The notes beneath the pieces were generated by a model that did no database searches, was not told where the DNA came from, and was given only the letters and a program-made list of their open reading frames with translations. A stretch of DNA of 32,000 bases from Thermosulfurimonas dismutans. GTDB taxonomy: Bacteria; Desulfobacterota; Thermodesulfobacteria; Thermodesulfobacteriales; Thermodesulfobacteriaceae. The stretch's first letter is position 1. Each line of letters opens with the position of its first letter. This document shows positions 22,442-31,685 of the stretch, in pieces. The stretch covers positions 65,895 through 97,894 of the forward strand of contig NZ_LWLG01000005.1 of the NCBI RefSeq assembly GCF_001652585.1, in the 5' to 3' direction. A program made the position numbers and the translations under genes.

Positions 22442-23665
22442 TCATGGATTGACTGGCTCCAATGCAAATCCCAAAAGCCGCCATTCTCCATCCTCTTTAT
22501 AAAAAGTCCCCTCCAAAAGAACATCGACACTGTTGATGCCAGGATAAATCGCCTGTAGGCGGATCGCACCGTTTGCAAGCCGTTTCGATGGAAGGAGTTT
22601 CGGAGTTTGTGCAAAAATCTCTTTCCACTTCAAATGCGCGTGGAAGATCCCATGGAAGCCATGTTTGAGGGCTTTCCAGTCAGTGCGGTCTCTCCAGCTA
22701 TGCACACTGTGTTCGTAGAGAGGATTCAGATCTTTCTTCTCTATCGACGCGAGCATCCAGTCAGCCAAACGAGTAATCAGCTGTTTTTGAAGAGCCTCAT
22801 CAGGCGCTTCAGCAGGTTGGACGCTTCTTTCCAGTTTTGAGACATCTCCAATTGTGTATCGTTTACGCATCACCGGTTTGCCGTCTAGACGGAAGACTAC
22901 TTCGAAAATTCCGTCCGGCCAATCTCTCGGCAAGTGTATATTTCCAACTATGGTTCCTTTTTTCTCTCTTCCGGCATATCGTATGATTCCCTCTTTTTTA
23001 TAGATACTCTTGTCACGATTGATACCGTCATTGACAACTATCCATTCAAGTGAATAGGGAGTACCCTCTTCAAGATTTTTGTAGGGGATAATCACGAAAA
23101 TATTGTGCTGTGAGTTCGGAAAATGGTCCCCCACACCGATCGGGGTAATAGTTCCATCACTATTTTCTTTCACTTCTTTTGCAAGGTATATTTCTGAAAT
23201 ACCGGATATATGGTGTATACTCTCTTTCTCAGTTTTTCCATACTTATTGGAATAAAGCGTAAATTCCTTTCTTGACAGGAGTCTTCCGTTTGAATATAGC
23301 TCCAGAGTATAGCGGCCTGCTGGCAACTGTAAATCACGATTATTGTAGTAAACGTGCAGTAGTTTTGTATAAGGATCTATAAACAGCTCTACTTCACCTA
23401 GGTTAGTATTCGGCTTAGGAAGCGCATCGATACTGACCCAGCGAACGACAATAGAGTCATTCTCTCCCACGCCCTTGAGGTGGATGAGAGCATGAATGAC
23501 TGGAGTATCAACAGGGAAGCGATCGGTGATTGCACCAAGCTCCACCCTCTGTTCTTCAGGATACTCTATGGCAACATCAGAAAACTCTATAGAGCTGACC
23601 TCATAAGCATAAGCGTTCGCCAGAGTGAACAGTATCAAAAAGAACAATATGGATACTTTTTTCAT
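22442..23665 (-). CDS. Secreted hypothetical protein (two repeats of an unassigned module plus an NTF2-like-looking C-terminus)
   Basis: The ORF is 407 aa with signal peptide MKKVSILFFLILFTLANAYA. An AAGGAG Shine-Dalgarno sequence lies 8 nt upstream. Its repeated modules end ..GRYTLELYSNGRLLSRKEFTLYS and ..GIFEVVFRLDGKPVMRKRYTIGD. The stop codon lies 5 bp from the IS481 right end. Confidence 0.8.
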   Translation of the reverse strand: MKKVSILFFLILFTLANAYAYEVSSIEFSDVAIEYPEEQRVELGAITDRFPVDTPVIHALIHLKGVGENDSIVVRWVSIDALPKPNTNLGEVELFIDPYTKLLHVYYNNRDLQLPAGRYTLELYSNGRLLSRKEFTLYSNKYGKTEKESIHHISGISEIYLAKEVKENSDGTITPIGVGDHFPNSQHNIFVIIPYKNLEEGTPYSLEWIVVNDGINRDKSIYKKEGIIRYAGREKKGTIVGNIHLPRDWPDGIFEVVFRLDGKPVMRKRYTIGDVSKLERSVQPAEAPDEALQKQLITRLADWMLASIEKKDLNPLYEHSVHSWRDRTDWKALKHGFHGIFHAHLKWKEIFAQTPKLLPSKRLANGAIRLQAIYPGINSVDVLLEGTFYKEDGEWRLLGFALEPVNP

Positions 23666-23721
23666 CTGAAAGCTCCTTTCTTCATGAGATGGTTAGTTTT
23701 TACACTTCATCAGTCATCCCG

Positions 23722-26325
23722 TTATCTTCTGCCGATCGTGAAGTATTTTTCAATCACCTTTTTTCCGTTAACAGTAAAGATTAGATGGTATTCACCGTGA
23801 GGGAAAGCCCCATCTTCTGGGGAAATTTCTGCGGAAAAAATACCTTCTCTATCTGGAAGTTTTCCATCATCCCTATCAAAAAGCAGTTCCTCTTTTTGAC
23901 TCCCGAAAGGCCGCCAATACCATTTTACCCCAATCCGATCCGTTGGCTGAGCTCCATTGTAATAGATAAAGAGGTAAAACGGTGAATTGCCATCGGGAAG
24001 ATGGTCGGTCACCGTATTGGGATCGGGTTCGCCCGTCGGGAGCTTACGAGTAGCGATAAGCACATTAGTGATGATCGTTCCCTCCCCTCTTACCGAAGAG
24101 TGCCCATCAGAACCAACACCTGGTCCCTGGGAAATATGGTGTGGGCTATTGCCGTTGAGCATATCGACAGTATCTATCAAAACCGTCCCTGAACCTGCGC
24201 CTACAAGGCTTTTCGGACGCACACTCCACTCGATCCAATCGACCTGAATCTCATGTCCAGTATACCATCCGTAAGGATGCATAATGAAGCGGATGAATGG
24301 AGTTCTCAGAGGTGCCGCTTTGGCTGTAACTTCTTGGCCGTTAATCCGATAGCGCACCGTTGCTGTTTCCGGATCATAAACAATCTCCTCGACAAACCAT
24401 TGATCCCATATAGGCTGTAGGACACCATAGTTTCCAAGTTGCCTCCAGTTGGCTCCAGACAGGACAAAACCATGTTTAGCTGGGACATACTGGCGAACTC
24501 CTGGTTTTTCATAAACATAATTGTAATAGGTCACCTGAAAGAGTCCTGTCCCAAACGCTGAAAGCCATGCTGCTCTCTTTTTGGGCATTCGAACATCTGA
24601 ACCATCTGTCTGGTAGAACCAGATACCTCCCTCGAAATAGTTGTTGGCATAGTGAGCTTTAACTCTTCTACGGAGAACAAAAACTTCGCCTTCTTTCAAG
24701 GGAATTGGTTTCGATGCTACGAAGGGACTCTGATCTGTTCGGTTACAGAGCAGATCGAGTATTCCATTGTAGACCAAACTTGCACCATTCAGACGCCGAA
24801 GGGTTTTCCACTCATAGGTTTCCCAATTGATGGGATTGAACCTGTAAAAGTCGTCTCTGAAATTTCGTGTAGGTTTGTCTCCGTGCCCTATGAAGTTTTC
24901 CCCTCCGTCTGCAGTGTTATAGACATTTGTGGCATAAACGCTATTCGCCCAAAAACCACCACATATCTCATTCGGGTTGCCCGAGCACTTCATATTACAG
25001 TTATTCGCCGGGCCGAATAGACCATAGTCATTGTCACAGAAACACTGAGAACCGTATTGAACGCCGGCATATCTATATCCAGAGCTCCTGCAAATGGAGA
25101 TACACTTCTCCACACTCATGTCACTGGCAGAAACAATTTTTTTATCTAAGTCTCGTCCCTGGGTCCCATATGGATCACCCTGATCCTTGAAACATCCTAT
25201 ATAGTTGTCCTTGATGCTTCTAGACCGAGACTCTGTTACAGCGTGAGATACGTGTGTTCTTCGTTTCACTCCAGATATACAGCATTTGTTTCTAACTGGG
25301 TTGGGCACAGCATTTTTAAGCCAGCACTTGGCGTAAGCCCCCTGAATCGTATACGGCTTTACATAGGTCCAGGCCTTACATTCTGGGTCCTTATCACAAG
25401 CATCCTGACAAAGTTTATAGTCTGGATAAGGCAGATTGAAGTTTTTATAGTCTAGACCCGGCCTGTCTATATTATCCTCGACCCCATCGCCATAATGAAT
25501 CTTCGGCACATTGAGACCTACCACATTGTAGATGCTGTTTGCCCAATTTCCTCCACAGATTTGATTTTTATCTCCTGTGCAGTTCATATTACAGTTTGTA
25601 GCCGGTCCATATTTTCCGTAGCTGTTTCCACAGAAGCATTGGCTGCTGTATTGCACACCTGCATATCTATACCCCCTTCTTGCACATTCCCTCATACATA
25701 AATCAGGTGTCATCTTATCGCTTCCAAACCCAAAAGCAGCCAAATCTCGGCCATTGAGACCATATGGATCGCCTTGGTCTTTGAAGCAGCCTAAATAGGT
25801 GTAGTTGTTTTTTGGTTCGTAAGAGTTGCTGTTTTGGTTATTATTGAGGAAATTTTCTCCATTTTCTGCTGTATTGTAGATGACTTCATTGTTGTTATCG
25901 ATTTGATCCATTGCTTTTTTGATAATCAAGAGTTTCTTTTTTAGTATGAAGTCTGCAAGCGGCATCACTTTTGCTATTTTCCATCTATTGGACTGTTTTT
26001 GTAATAGAAATACTAAGTTATTATCCTCGTTAAAGCTTCTTTTGCTAAATCTATCGTAGATTGTTACATTTACATGCACTTCCACTATTGCTTTATCCCC
26101 AAATGCTTGCGTCTTTTTGATTTTGACGCTGTTAACCCTTTGATCAACTGCTGCAAATATTAATTTGTAAAGCCTGAGACGTTCTGGGGTTGGATTGTAT
26201 AGAAGTTGTTCTATACCTGAGAGATTCTTATTCTGGACAAGATGGAAATAATCGCTAATTATGCTAGAATGGGCGCTGATGGGGATTAATAAAACAGCTA
26301 AAAATGCAATAAATATTTTTTTCAT
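23722..26325 (-). CDS. Secreted protein with two WSC domains, a PAN/Apple-like domain and unassigned C-terminal domains
   Basis: The track ORF is 874 aa starting at 26346. I prefer the ATG at 26325 ([20 protein letters not shown]), which is preceded by AGAGGGAGA and avoids overlapping the upstream gene. WSC1 is at ~25525-25800 ([60 protein letters not shown]). PAN/Apple-like is at ~25273-25464 ([26 protein letters not shown]). WSC2 is at ~24931-25206. Confidence 0.85.
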   Translation of the reverse strand: MKKIFIAFLAVLLIPISAHSSIISDYFHLVQNKNLSGIEQLLYNPTPERLRLYKLIFAAVDQRVNSVKIKKTQAFGDKAIVEVHVNVTIYDRFSKRSFNEDNNLVFLLQKQSNRWKIAKVMPLADFILKKKLLIIKKAMDQIDNNNEVIYNTAENGENFLNNNQNSNSYEPKNNYTYLGCFKDQGDPYGLNGRDLAAFGFGSDKMTPDLCMRECARRGYRYAGVQYSSQCFCGNSYGKYGPATNCNMNCTGDKNQICGGNWANSIYNVVGLNVPKIHYGDGVEDNIDRPGLDYKNFNLPYPDYKLCQDACDKDPECKAWTYVKPYTIQGAYAKCWLKNAVPNPVRNKCCISGVKRRTHVSHAVTESRSRSIKDNYIGCFKDQGDPYGTQGRDLDKKIVSASDMSVEKCISICRSSGYRYAGVQYGSQCFCDNDYGLFGPANNCNMKCSGNPNEICGGFWANSVYATNVYNTADGGENFIGHGDKPTRNFRDDFYRFNPINWETYEWKTLRRLNGASLVYNGILDLLCNRTDQSPFVASKPIPLKEGEVFVLRRRVKAHYANNYFEGGIWFYQTDGSDVRMPKKRAAWLSAFGTGLFQVTYYNYVYEKPGVRQYVPAKHGFVLSGANWRQLGNYGVLQPIWDQWFVEEIVYDPETATVRYRINGQEVTAKAAPLRTPFIRFIMHPYGWYTGHEIQVDWIEWSVRPKSLVGAGSGTVLIDTVDMLNGNSPHHISQGPGVGSDGHSSVRGEGTIITNVLIATRKLPTGEPDPNTVTDHLPDGNSPFYLFIYYNGAQPTDRIGVKWYWRPFGSQKEELLFDRDDGKLPDREGIFSAEISPEDGAFPHGEYHLIFTVNGKKVIEKYFTIGRR

Positions 26326-26327
26326 TT

Positions 26328-28373
26328 CTATTCTCCCTCTTTCCAAACTTTTACAGAAATGTAACGTAAATACCTATCCTTATAACCATCATTATCCGTA
26401 ACAATGACGATGATTGGTAAGAGATCTATATCTTGATAAGCTCTTGCTATTTTTCCGTACCTAACATACGCATTATAGATTGTTGCCAGGTTTGCGTACA
26501 CAGCCTTTAATGCCTCCAATTGAAGTGTTTGCCCTAAAGAAATGTACTTATTGCTAATGATGTTGTTTAATGCATCACCTAACAGTGCACCGCCAACCGC
26601 TCCGTCCAAAGTGTTTATATAGGATGGACTGTTGTGTGCCTGTTTAATGAGATTCGCATAGTCTTTTATGCCATATTTAACTGTAAGGGCGTCGATTAGC
26701 TTTTTAAATTCATCGCTTGCAGTGTATTTTATATAGGGTAGAGCGCCATTTTGAGCTAAAGGTACAAATACACTCCCTAAAACCTTTAAGTTTGTGATCA
26801 TGAGTTCTTTCCAAAGCTGTGGTTGATTATTCAAATCAAAGCCAAGTTTTTTGGGGCTGAAGAAGAAATCAAACTCTTTACCGTCGAATTGTCGAATGAG
26901 GGTATTGTACCGTACACCGCTACTCTTACTTCTGAATCGACCCCAGCCGCGGATTAGAATTCTAAAATGGTTACTATCTATGTCGTCTATGAATACCCTT
27001 GATGGTTTGCTTTGCCATAGCTGTTCCTCCACGCCTCCTGGAAGCAAAACCTTCGTTATGTGAGGTCTTGGTGATAAAAAAGTGATTTTTAGAGTTCCGA
27101 CCTTTTCTTTTTCACCATTTTCAAGTGAGTATATGTTGTATCTTGAAACTATGGGAAATAGCCTTTTGTCGTCTGAGCGGTTAACCAGGTTTACATCTAC
27201 CTTTGGCGATGTAACGGTAAATGTTGCGATACCGTTTGAGTCTGTGGTTATGTATTTTGATTCGTATGAGGATTTTGCATAGTTTATTTTCCTACCGTTA
27301 TGCAAAAGTGGCAGATTGTCTTTTGAGATATAAAATTTTTTATTTTTTATTATACCTTTTTCGCTAATCAGCCTTACTTTCACTATTTGAATTCTGCCAT
27401 TTGCAGCAAGTTTTTTAGAAAGGATTTGTGCAGTGATATGTGAAACTGGTTTTTTGAGGTGCAAATCTTCGTTGTATTTTACCGTTTTGTTTCCGTTGGG
27501 GTTGATGAGTAGATCAAATTTAAAATATCCATTTGCGTCACTTTTTGTTGTGAATTTTTCACCTAAAATTGTAAGCGTTACAACGGTAAAGGGTAGCACT
27601 TTATTTTTGGTATCGTAAACCGTTCCCCAAACAATGAGTCTTTTCGTTGTATCTATATTTATCTCTCTTTCGTTGTAGCCTTTTAAATACCCCTTCTTGG
27701 TTGCGCTTATCTTATAAACCGCTGTACGGCTTGTTTTTTTGTTAGGTTTCGGCAAATGGTTTCGAGATCCTGCATTGCCCGAAACTCCTCCTCCCGGTAG
27801 CACCACTTCTTTTACCGCGTGATAATAACTTATACCGGGCCAAGCAGCATAAGGTCCGCCTATCACATGAGTTAGAGTTACATGTATCCTAGCCTCTTTG
27901 CCGGCGTATTGAAGAGGTATATACCCTTGAAAAGGCTTTTCTACCCTTGCAGGTGCCCTTTTCTCCCATTCGCCCAGACCACCGTAGATACGCCATACTG
28001 GACCGGGACGCAGGGCAATAGAAGCTATTCCTACGGAGGTAATATTAATTCCCTCCTTTTCCTCCTTAGTGAGGCACTTGCCCGCAATCTGAGGACAACC
28101 TGCTGCTATGTTGTAGTACTGCGGCAGTTTGGGATACTTAGCATTTGGCCCTTTCTTAATTTCTGCAACAATATCAACCATATCCTTTTCTGGAATTGGT
28201 GTGTTAAGCCCCGAACCTACCACAGTTCCTTTGACAAGGAATCCTTTTTGAGTTTGCTCTATTTGAAGACCTTTTAGTTCTACTGAAACCCCGGCAGAGG
28301 CCACTGTAGAAATAATAGTAGCCAAAAAGAAAAAAAATAGAAGCACTACGCCCCTATTGACCGAAAATTTCAT
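26328..28373 (-). CDS. Secreted hypothetical protein (contains a CarboxypepD_reg-like segment)
   Basis: The ORF is 681 aa with a signal-like N-terminus ([27 protein letters not shown]). A GAGGAGGA Shine-Dalgarno sequence lies upstream. [41 protein letters not shown] resembles the carboxypeptidase-regulatory fold. The rest is unassigned. Codon usage is AT-rich. Confidence 0.8.
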   Translation of the reverse strand: MKFSVNRGVVLLFFFFLATIISTVASAGVSVELKGLQIEQTQKGFLVKGTVVGSGLNTPIPEKDMVDIVAEIKKGPNAKYPKLPQYYNIAAGCPQIAGKCLTKEEKEGINITSVGIASIALRPGPVWRIYGGLGEWEKRAPARVEKPFQGYIPLQYAGKEARIHVTLTHVIGGPYAAWPGISYYHAVKEVVLPGGGVSGNAGSRNHLPKPNKKTSRTAVYKISATKKGYLKGYNEREINIDTTKRLIVWGTVYDTKNKVLPFTVVTLTILGEKFTTKSDANGYFKFDLLINPNGNKTVKYNEDLHLKKPVSHITAQILSKKLAANGRIQIVKVRLISEKGIIKNKKFYISKDNLPLLHNGRKINYAKSSYESKYITTDSNGIATFTVTSPKVDVNLVNRSDDKRLFPIVSRYNIYSLENGEKEKVGTLKITFLSPRPHITKVLLPGGVEEQLWQSKPSRVFIDDIDSNHFRILIRGWGRFRSKSSGVRYNTLIRQFDGKEFDFFFSPKKLGFDLNNQPQLWKELMITNLKVLGSVFVPLAQNGALPYIKYTASDEFKKLIDALTVKYGIKDYANLIKQAHNSPSYINTLDGAVGGALLGDALNNIISNKYISLGQTLQLEALKAVYANLATIYNAYVRYGKIARAYQDIDLLPIIVIVTDNDGYKDRYLRYISVKVWKEGE

Positions 28374-28416
28374 ACATCCTCCTCTCTATCACTCTATTCC
28401 CTCTGTCTAGACTCAT

Positions 28417-28715
28417 TGAACCGCCCCGGATTTTTCGGAGACCTTCTTTTGTGAGTCAGGCAGCCTTCCTGAGACCCTCATAGTACCTTTCCTCACACTC
28501 CACCGGTGGCACATAACCCAAGGGTCCCATTAACCTGGCATGGTTGTACCACCATACCCAGTTCAACGTCTCATATTCCACCTGGCCTATTCCTTCTGGA
28601 CCTCAAAAAAACCAACCGAACCGCCCTTTCCCGAACCTCTTTTGAAAATCTTTTCGCTCTGTCCATGTCTTATCTTCCCACACTTTTTACTCTCCGACAA
28701 TCCCAGGACGGTTCA
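28417..28715 (-). mobile_element. Miniature (299-bp) internally deleted IS3-family derivative
   Basis: The terminal inverted repeats are TGAACCGCCCCGGATTTTTCGGAGA (28417-28441) and TGAACCGTCCTGGGATTGTCGGAGA (reverse complement of 28691-28715), matching at 20 of 25 positions. Between them lies an OrfA-like N-terminus from the ATG at 28666 (MDRAKRFSKEVRERAVRLVF). It is joined, across an A7/T7 run, to an OrfB-like C-terminus ending at stop 28456 (GIGQVEYETLNWVWWYNHARLMGPLGYVPPVECEERYYEGLRKAA). Confidence 0.75.
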
Positions 28716-28753
28716 GAGAGTTCAGAGAGAGGTGATAAGTCTCCCGAAGCAAA

Positions 28754-28966
28754 TTAAGCTTTTCGAGTCGTAAGGCGTTCTTGGTATTTTTGGGCCAGGT
28801 CTGCCAGGGTAACTTGGGAAAGGGTCTCTTTGATAAGCTCTGTTAGGCGGTCCCATACCTCGCGGGTGGGACAGATTTCATTAAACTCGCATACCTCGGG
28901 ATAGGCTACACAGGGGGTAACCTCGTCTTCTCTCTCCAAAGTGGAAACCACTTCCCAGACCGTAAT
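28754..28966 (-). pseudogene. Orphan 3' gene fragment (Cys-rich C-terminus, unknown family) fused to the truncated IS481 copy
   Basis: The frame of track ORF 28754..29152 reads ..ITVWEVVSTLEREDEVTPCVAYPEVCEFNEICPTREVWDRLTELIKETLSQVTLADLAQKYQERLTTRKA* immediately after the IS481 identity breakpoint at 28967. It has no start codon of its own. Confidence 0.5.
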
Positions 28967-29345
28967 CTCTTCTGGCCCAAGGAAGGATCCTCCAAAGCCA
29001 GTTCCACCACCGCCCGCTCTACCTCTTCTGAAACCCGGTTCTTGAAATTCGGTTTCCGGCGGCTCTTTTCGTAAAGGGCCTCTATTCCGCCTTCCTCGTA
29101 AGCCTTCTTGATCCGGTAGAAGGTGTCTCGGCTGAAACCCATCACCCGGCAAGCCTCGGAAACATTCTTTAAATACGCCGCTAACTCTAGCAAACCTAGC
29201 TTGTTCTTGATAAGCTTCTCTTGGGTGGTCATGGCTATTCCTCCTTATTTTGAGTTTTGAGTGGAGCTCTCTCTGGAGGGTAGCCTAGACCACCCCCTTT
29301 GGGAAGGCCTACCTGTCAGATTAAGTCTGAGCTAATGCACCTCAA
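28967..29345 (-). mobile_element. Truncated IS481-family copy (left 379 bp only), inverted relative to 21377..22436
   Basis: By eye this is the reverse complement of 21377-21755. The transposase N-terminus (88 aa, MTTQEKL..SLGQKR) and the alternate-frame peptide in the ORF track are identical between the two copies. Identity ends at gaagag|. Confidence 0.85.
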
Positions 29346-29495
29346 GGATCATCAGGGTATCACTGATAGTAATATTCCCATTATTTCCTTTAGGATTCGG
29401 ACTCTAGTCCCCGAGAGTGCCCCAAGTATTCATCTCTACACCGCGCTACCCGCGCTTCCCTAAAGCTGGCTCCAAAAGATGTAGTAGCAAGAATC
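29346..29495 (-). pseudogene. Decayed dockerin-like module interrupted by the IS481 end
   Basis: Minus-strand translation gives ILATTSFGASFREARVARCRDEYLGHSRG in one frame. After a frameshift and a TAG it continues SPNPKGNNGNITISDTLMIL. These parallel ALVALRFALGLETPSEEDKCHADVAPLGPDG and TPQPDGKITIGDALVIL. The homology stops exactly at the IS boundary. Confidence 0.55.
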
Positions 29496-29564
29496 TATCC
29501 TGCAGAGACCATAAACAGCTTTCCTTCCGTGACCAAAGCAAAATTGTATCTACGGAAGGTTGAA

Positions 29565-31079
29565 TTACCATTTCCCGAAACCCTCGGGTCGCACCTCAAG
29601 GCGCCGCCAGCCCTCGACCTCAAGGGCACGAGGATCAAGTACTTCCCCTTCAAATTTTACTATGTCCCCTTCAGCATTCCGCCAGTATTCCCGAGCATCA
29701 TCCTCAAGATGGAATACCTCCCCCGTCTCTGGATCGCGGGCGTAGGTGTAGTCGGAAAGGATGTTGGTGTAGGCCCGAGCCATCTCCTCCTGAAATACTT
29801 CCTCTGCCTTAATGGTTCCCCGGTGAAGCCTGCTGATGTAATCATGAGTTTTGCGAAATTCGTTCCATATCCACCGGCGATGGGCCATTTCTTTACGCAT
29901 TTCTTCGGTCATGACTTTCATCTGACGCCTTTCCCATTCGGGATTAACTTCTATACTTCTGATTACTCCTTCCGCAAGCGATCTCGTCTTTTCAGACTCA
30001 CCCCACCATATCCCTAACATCCCTGTGTAACCTACCGATAAAGTAGCCGTAGACATATTAACAACCTGCATCCTTGTTTCTCCCAGGACACCTTCTCCAG
30101 AAAAATTACGGCCAGAAAAATAAAAATGCCTTACCCACAAACCAATAATAGGAGAAGGTATACTTTGCCTTAACAACCTTTCAAACCAAACCACATCCTT
30201 TCCGACTTCTACATTTATAGGTATTTCGAACCCCCAAAATCCTAAATAAAGCGAAATCGCTTCCTCAGGAGATAAGATAAAAGATGACCAAGGTCTCTCC
30301 CCTTGGCCAGGGACAAAAACTTTAGCCATTCCTATAGGCATCTGAAAAAACATGCTCTGGAAACTCTGTGTCCATACCCGGAAATAACAAGCTCCCCCTT
30401 CTCTACCCTTTACGCAAAAACAGGGTATTTCTCCGTAAGTTCCCATGGTATTCATATTTTCAAGACGCCACCCCTCCGGAACATCCACGTAATAGGCCGG
30501 AATACCAAAAACCACGCTTTGTACAGGCTGACTCCGAAAAGGACGAAATGGGGGTTGGATTTTAAGGGAAGAAGCCACTTGAAAGAGGTCTTTCAGCGAG
30601 CCTCCCGAAGGAGGAACCGCCACCATGGCCAGGGTATAGTGACATCCCCGGCGAACAAACATCGCGGCGCGTACGGGGGAGGACCACCTTTCGGTCAGAA
30701 TTCCGGCGTAAGTGTATTCCGCGTCAAAGTAGGGAGAAAAGGACGCATAAGTAGCCTCGCATATAGCCATTACCGAATTTTTATCAATTTTACGATAAAA
30801 AATTTTTGAAGTTGGCAAAGAAATCGAAAATACTTTTATAAAATAACCGGGATCCCAAGATTTAGGGTTTTTAAGCATGAAAATAGAAAGTCCACCCAGA
30901 CCACCTTCGTTTTTTATGAGAATTCGTCCTTGTCCGGAAGGCACTCGCAAATAGTATCCGGGAGGTAAATCCACCTCCACTCCGTGAAGAGAGTCCTTGA
31001 ACACTTTTCCAAAACCACAAACACTAGGAGGTAAAATTCCCAAAACCCAAAAAAAGATCAAAAGGGACGCCCCCCTCAT
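29565..31079 (-). CDS. Secreted hypothetical protein
   Basis: The track ORF is 528 aa starting at 31151. The first 24 codons read through a decayed dockerin relic (SLVILRKDLEVIDF). The likely true start is the ATG at 31079 (MRGASLLIFFWVLGILPPSVCG, signal-like), preceded by an AGGGGA Shine-Dalgarno sequence. I recognised no family. Confidence 0.7.
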   Translation of the reverse strand: MRGASLLIFFWVLGILPPSVCGFGKVFKDSLHGVEVDLPPGYYLRVPSGQGRILIKNEGGLGGLSIFMLKNPKSWDPGYFIKVFSISLPTSKIFYRKIDKNSVMAICEATYASFSPYFDAEYTYAGILTERWSSPVRAAMFVRRGCHYTLAMVAVPPSGGSLKDLFQVASSLKIQPPFRPFRSQPVQSVVFGIPAYYVDVPEGWRLENMNTMGTYGEIPCFCVKGREGGACYFRVWTQSFQSMFFQMPIGMAKVFVPGQGERPWSSFILSPEEAISLYLGFWGFEIPINVEVGKDVVWFERLLRQSIPSPIIGLWVRHFYFSGRNFSGEGVLGETRMQVVNMSTATLSVGYTGMLGIWWGESEKTRSLAEGVIRSIEVNPEWERRQMKVMTEEMRKEMAHRRWIWNEFRKTHDYISRLHRGTIKAEEVFQEEMARAYTNILSDYTYARDPETGEVFHLEDDAREYWRNAEGDIVKFEGEVLDPRALEVEGWRRLEVRPEGFGKW

Positions 31080-31605
31080 CAGTTCATCCCCTTTCAAAAA
31101 ATCAATCACCTCTAGATCCTTTCTTAATATCACCAGGCTGAAGACTCCCATCCTCCCCTAAGAGAGCCATATCTGCATGGCACTTATCCTCGTCCGTCAA
31201 CATCTCAAGCCCCAAGACGAACCATAGGATTACCAGAGCATCGTCAAGATTTACTTTTTCCCAGTTCCTTAAAAGAGCGACATTTCCATCATAAAGGCAT
31301 TTTGTTTACATACTCCTTTTTATTCCGAAAGCGAGAGCTATCCAGACATTGCTGTAAATATGCCCGTCACAGCCACAAAGCAGATCATAAAGTTGAATGT
31401 AGACTTTAGGACTAGGTACACAATATCTCGGCTTCCACGCAGCTCGTTCTAAATTTACAAAATCTGCTGGAGCCACAATCCTGGCTATTCTAATCCCCCC
31501 TTTCTGACGGAACAAAAAGAGACCAACACCACACATATATCCCAGAATCAAATATAGCCACCTTATCTTACAAAATTTATCTTCCATAATAACCAATAAT
31601 CTCAA
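31080..31605 (-). pseudogene. Decayed paralogue of the N-terminal part (signal, Kazal-like, dockerin-like) of the 1..900 gene
   Basis: The 99-aa ORF at 31306..31605 ends CVPSPKVYIQLYDLLCGCDGHIYSNVWIALAFGIKRSM*. Compare CVPLPEVCIQVYDPVCGCDGRTYANACEAHLAGVNVAY in the intact gene; several Cys are lost. After the stop it continues CLYDGNVALLRNWEKVNLDDALVILWFVLGLEMLTDEDKCHADMALLGEDG, then a frameshift, then SLVILRKDLEVIDF. Confidence 0.7.
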
Positions 31606-31685
31606 CTTTTTAGAGACCTTTGCAAAATCAGATTGACAATTTTATTTCTCATAATAAACTCACTTAAAAACTAAAGGAGTTGAGC

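Noticed and set aside
26326-26346. Upstream start MERGRIEM for the WSC/PAN protein
   Set aside because: It would overlap the preceding gene by 19 nt, and its codons themselves spell the Shine-Dalgarno sequence (AGAGGGAGA) for the ATG at 26325. That ATG begins a canonical signal peptide (MKKIFIAF..).
28754-29232. ORFs 28754..29152 (132 aa) and 28906..29232 (108 aa) considered as genuine genes
   Set aside because: The first is an out-of-frame reading of the IS481 5' region fused to an orphan fragment. The second is the truncated transposase N-terminus running into unrelated sequence. Both are products of IS truncation.
21371-29351. Intact composite transposon with target-site duplication
   Set aside because: The sequences flanking the two outward IS481 ends (..cacaaa| and |ggatca..) do not form a direct repeat, and one IS copy is truncated to 379 bp. 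Only a degraded or rearranged structure can be claimed (see findings).
29523-29559. Hairpin CCTTCCGT-N21-ACGGAAGG just downstream of the 528-aa gene, considered as a terminator
   Set aside because: The loop is very large (21 nt) and no clear T-tract follows on the minus strand. This is too weak to call.
29529-30809. Plus-strand ORFs 29529..30017, 29560..29745, 30303..30809 and 30368..30565
   Set aside because: They are antisense to the 528-aa minus-strand ORF, which has a Shine-Dalgarno sequence and a signal peptide. They have no Shine-Dalgarno sequence or recognisable motifs of their own.
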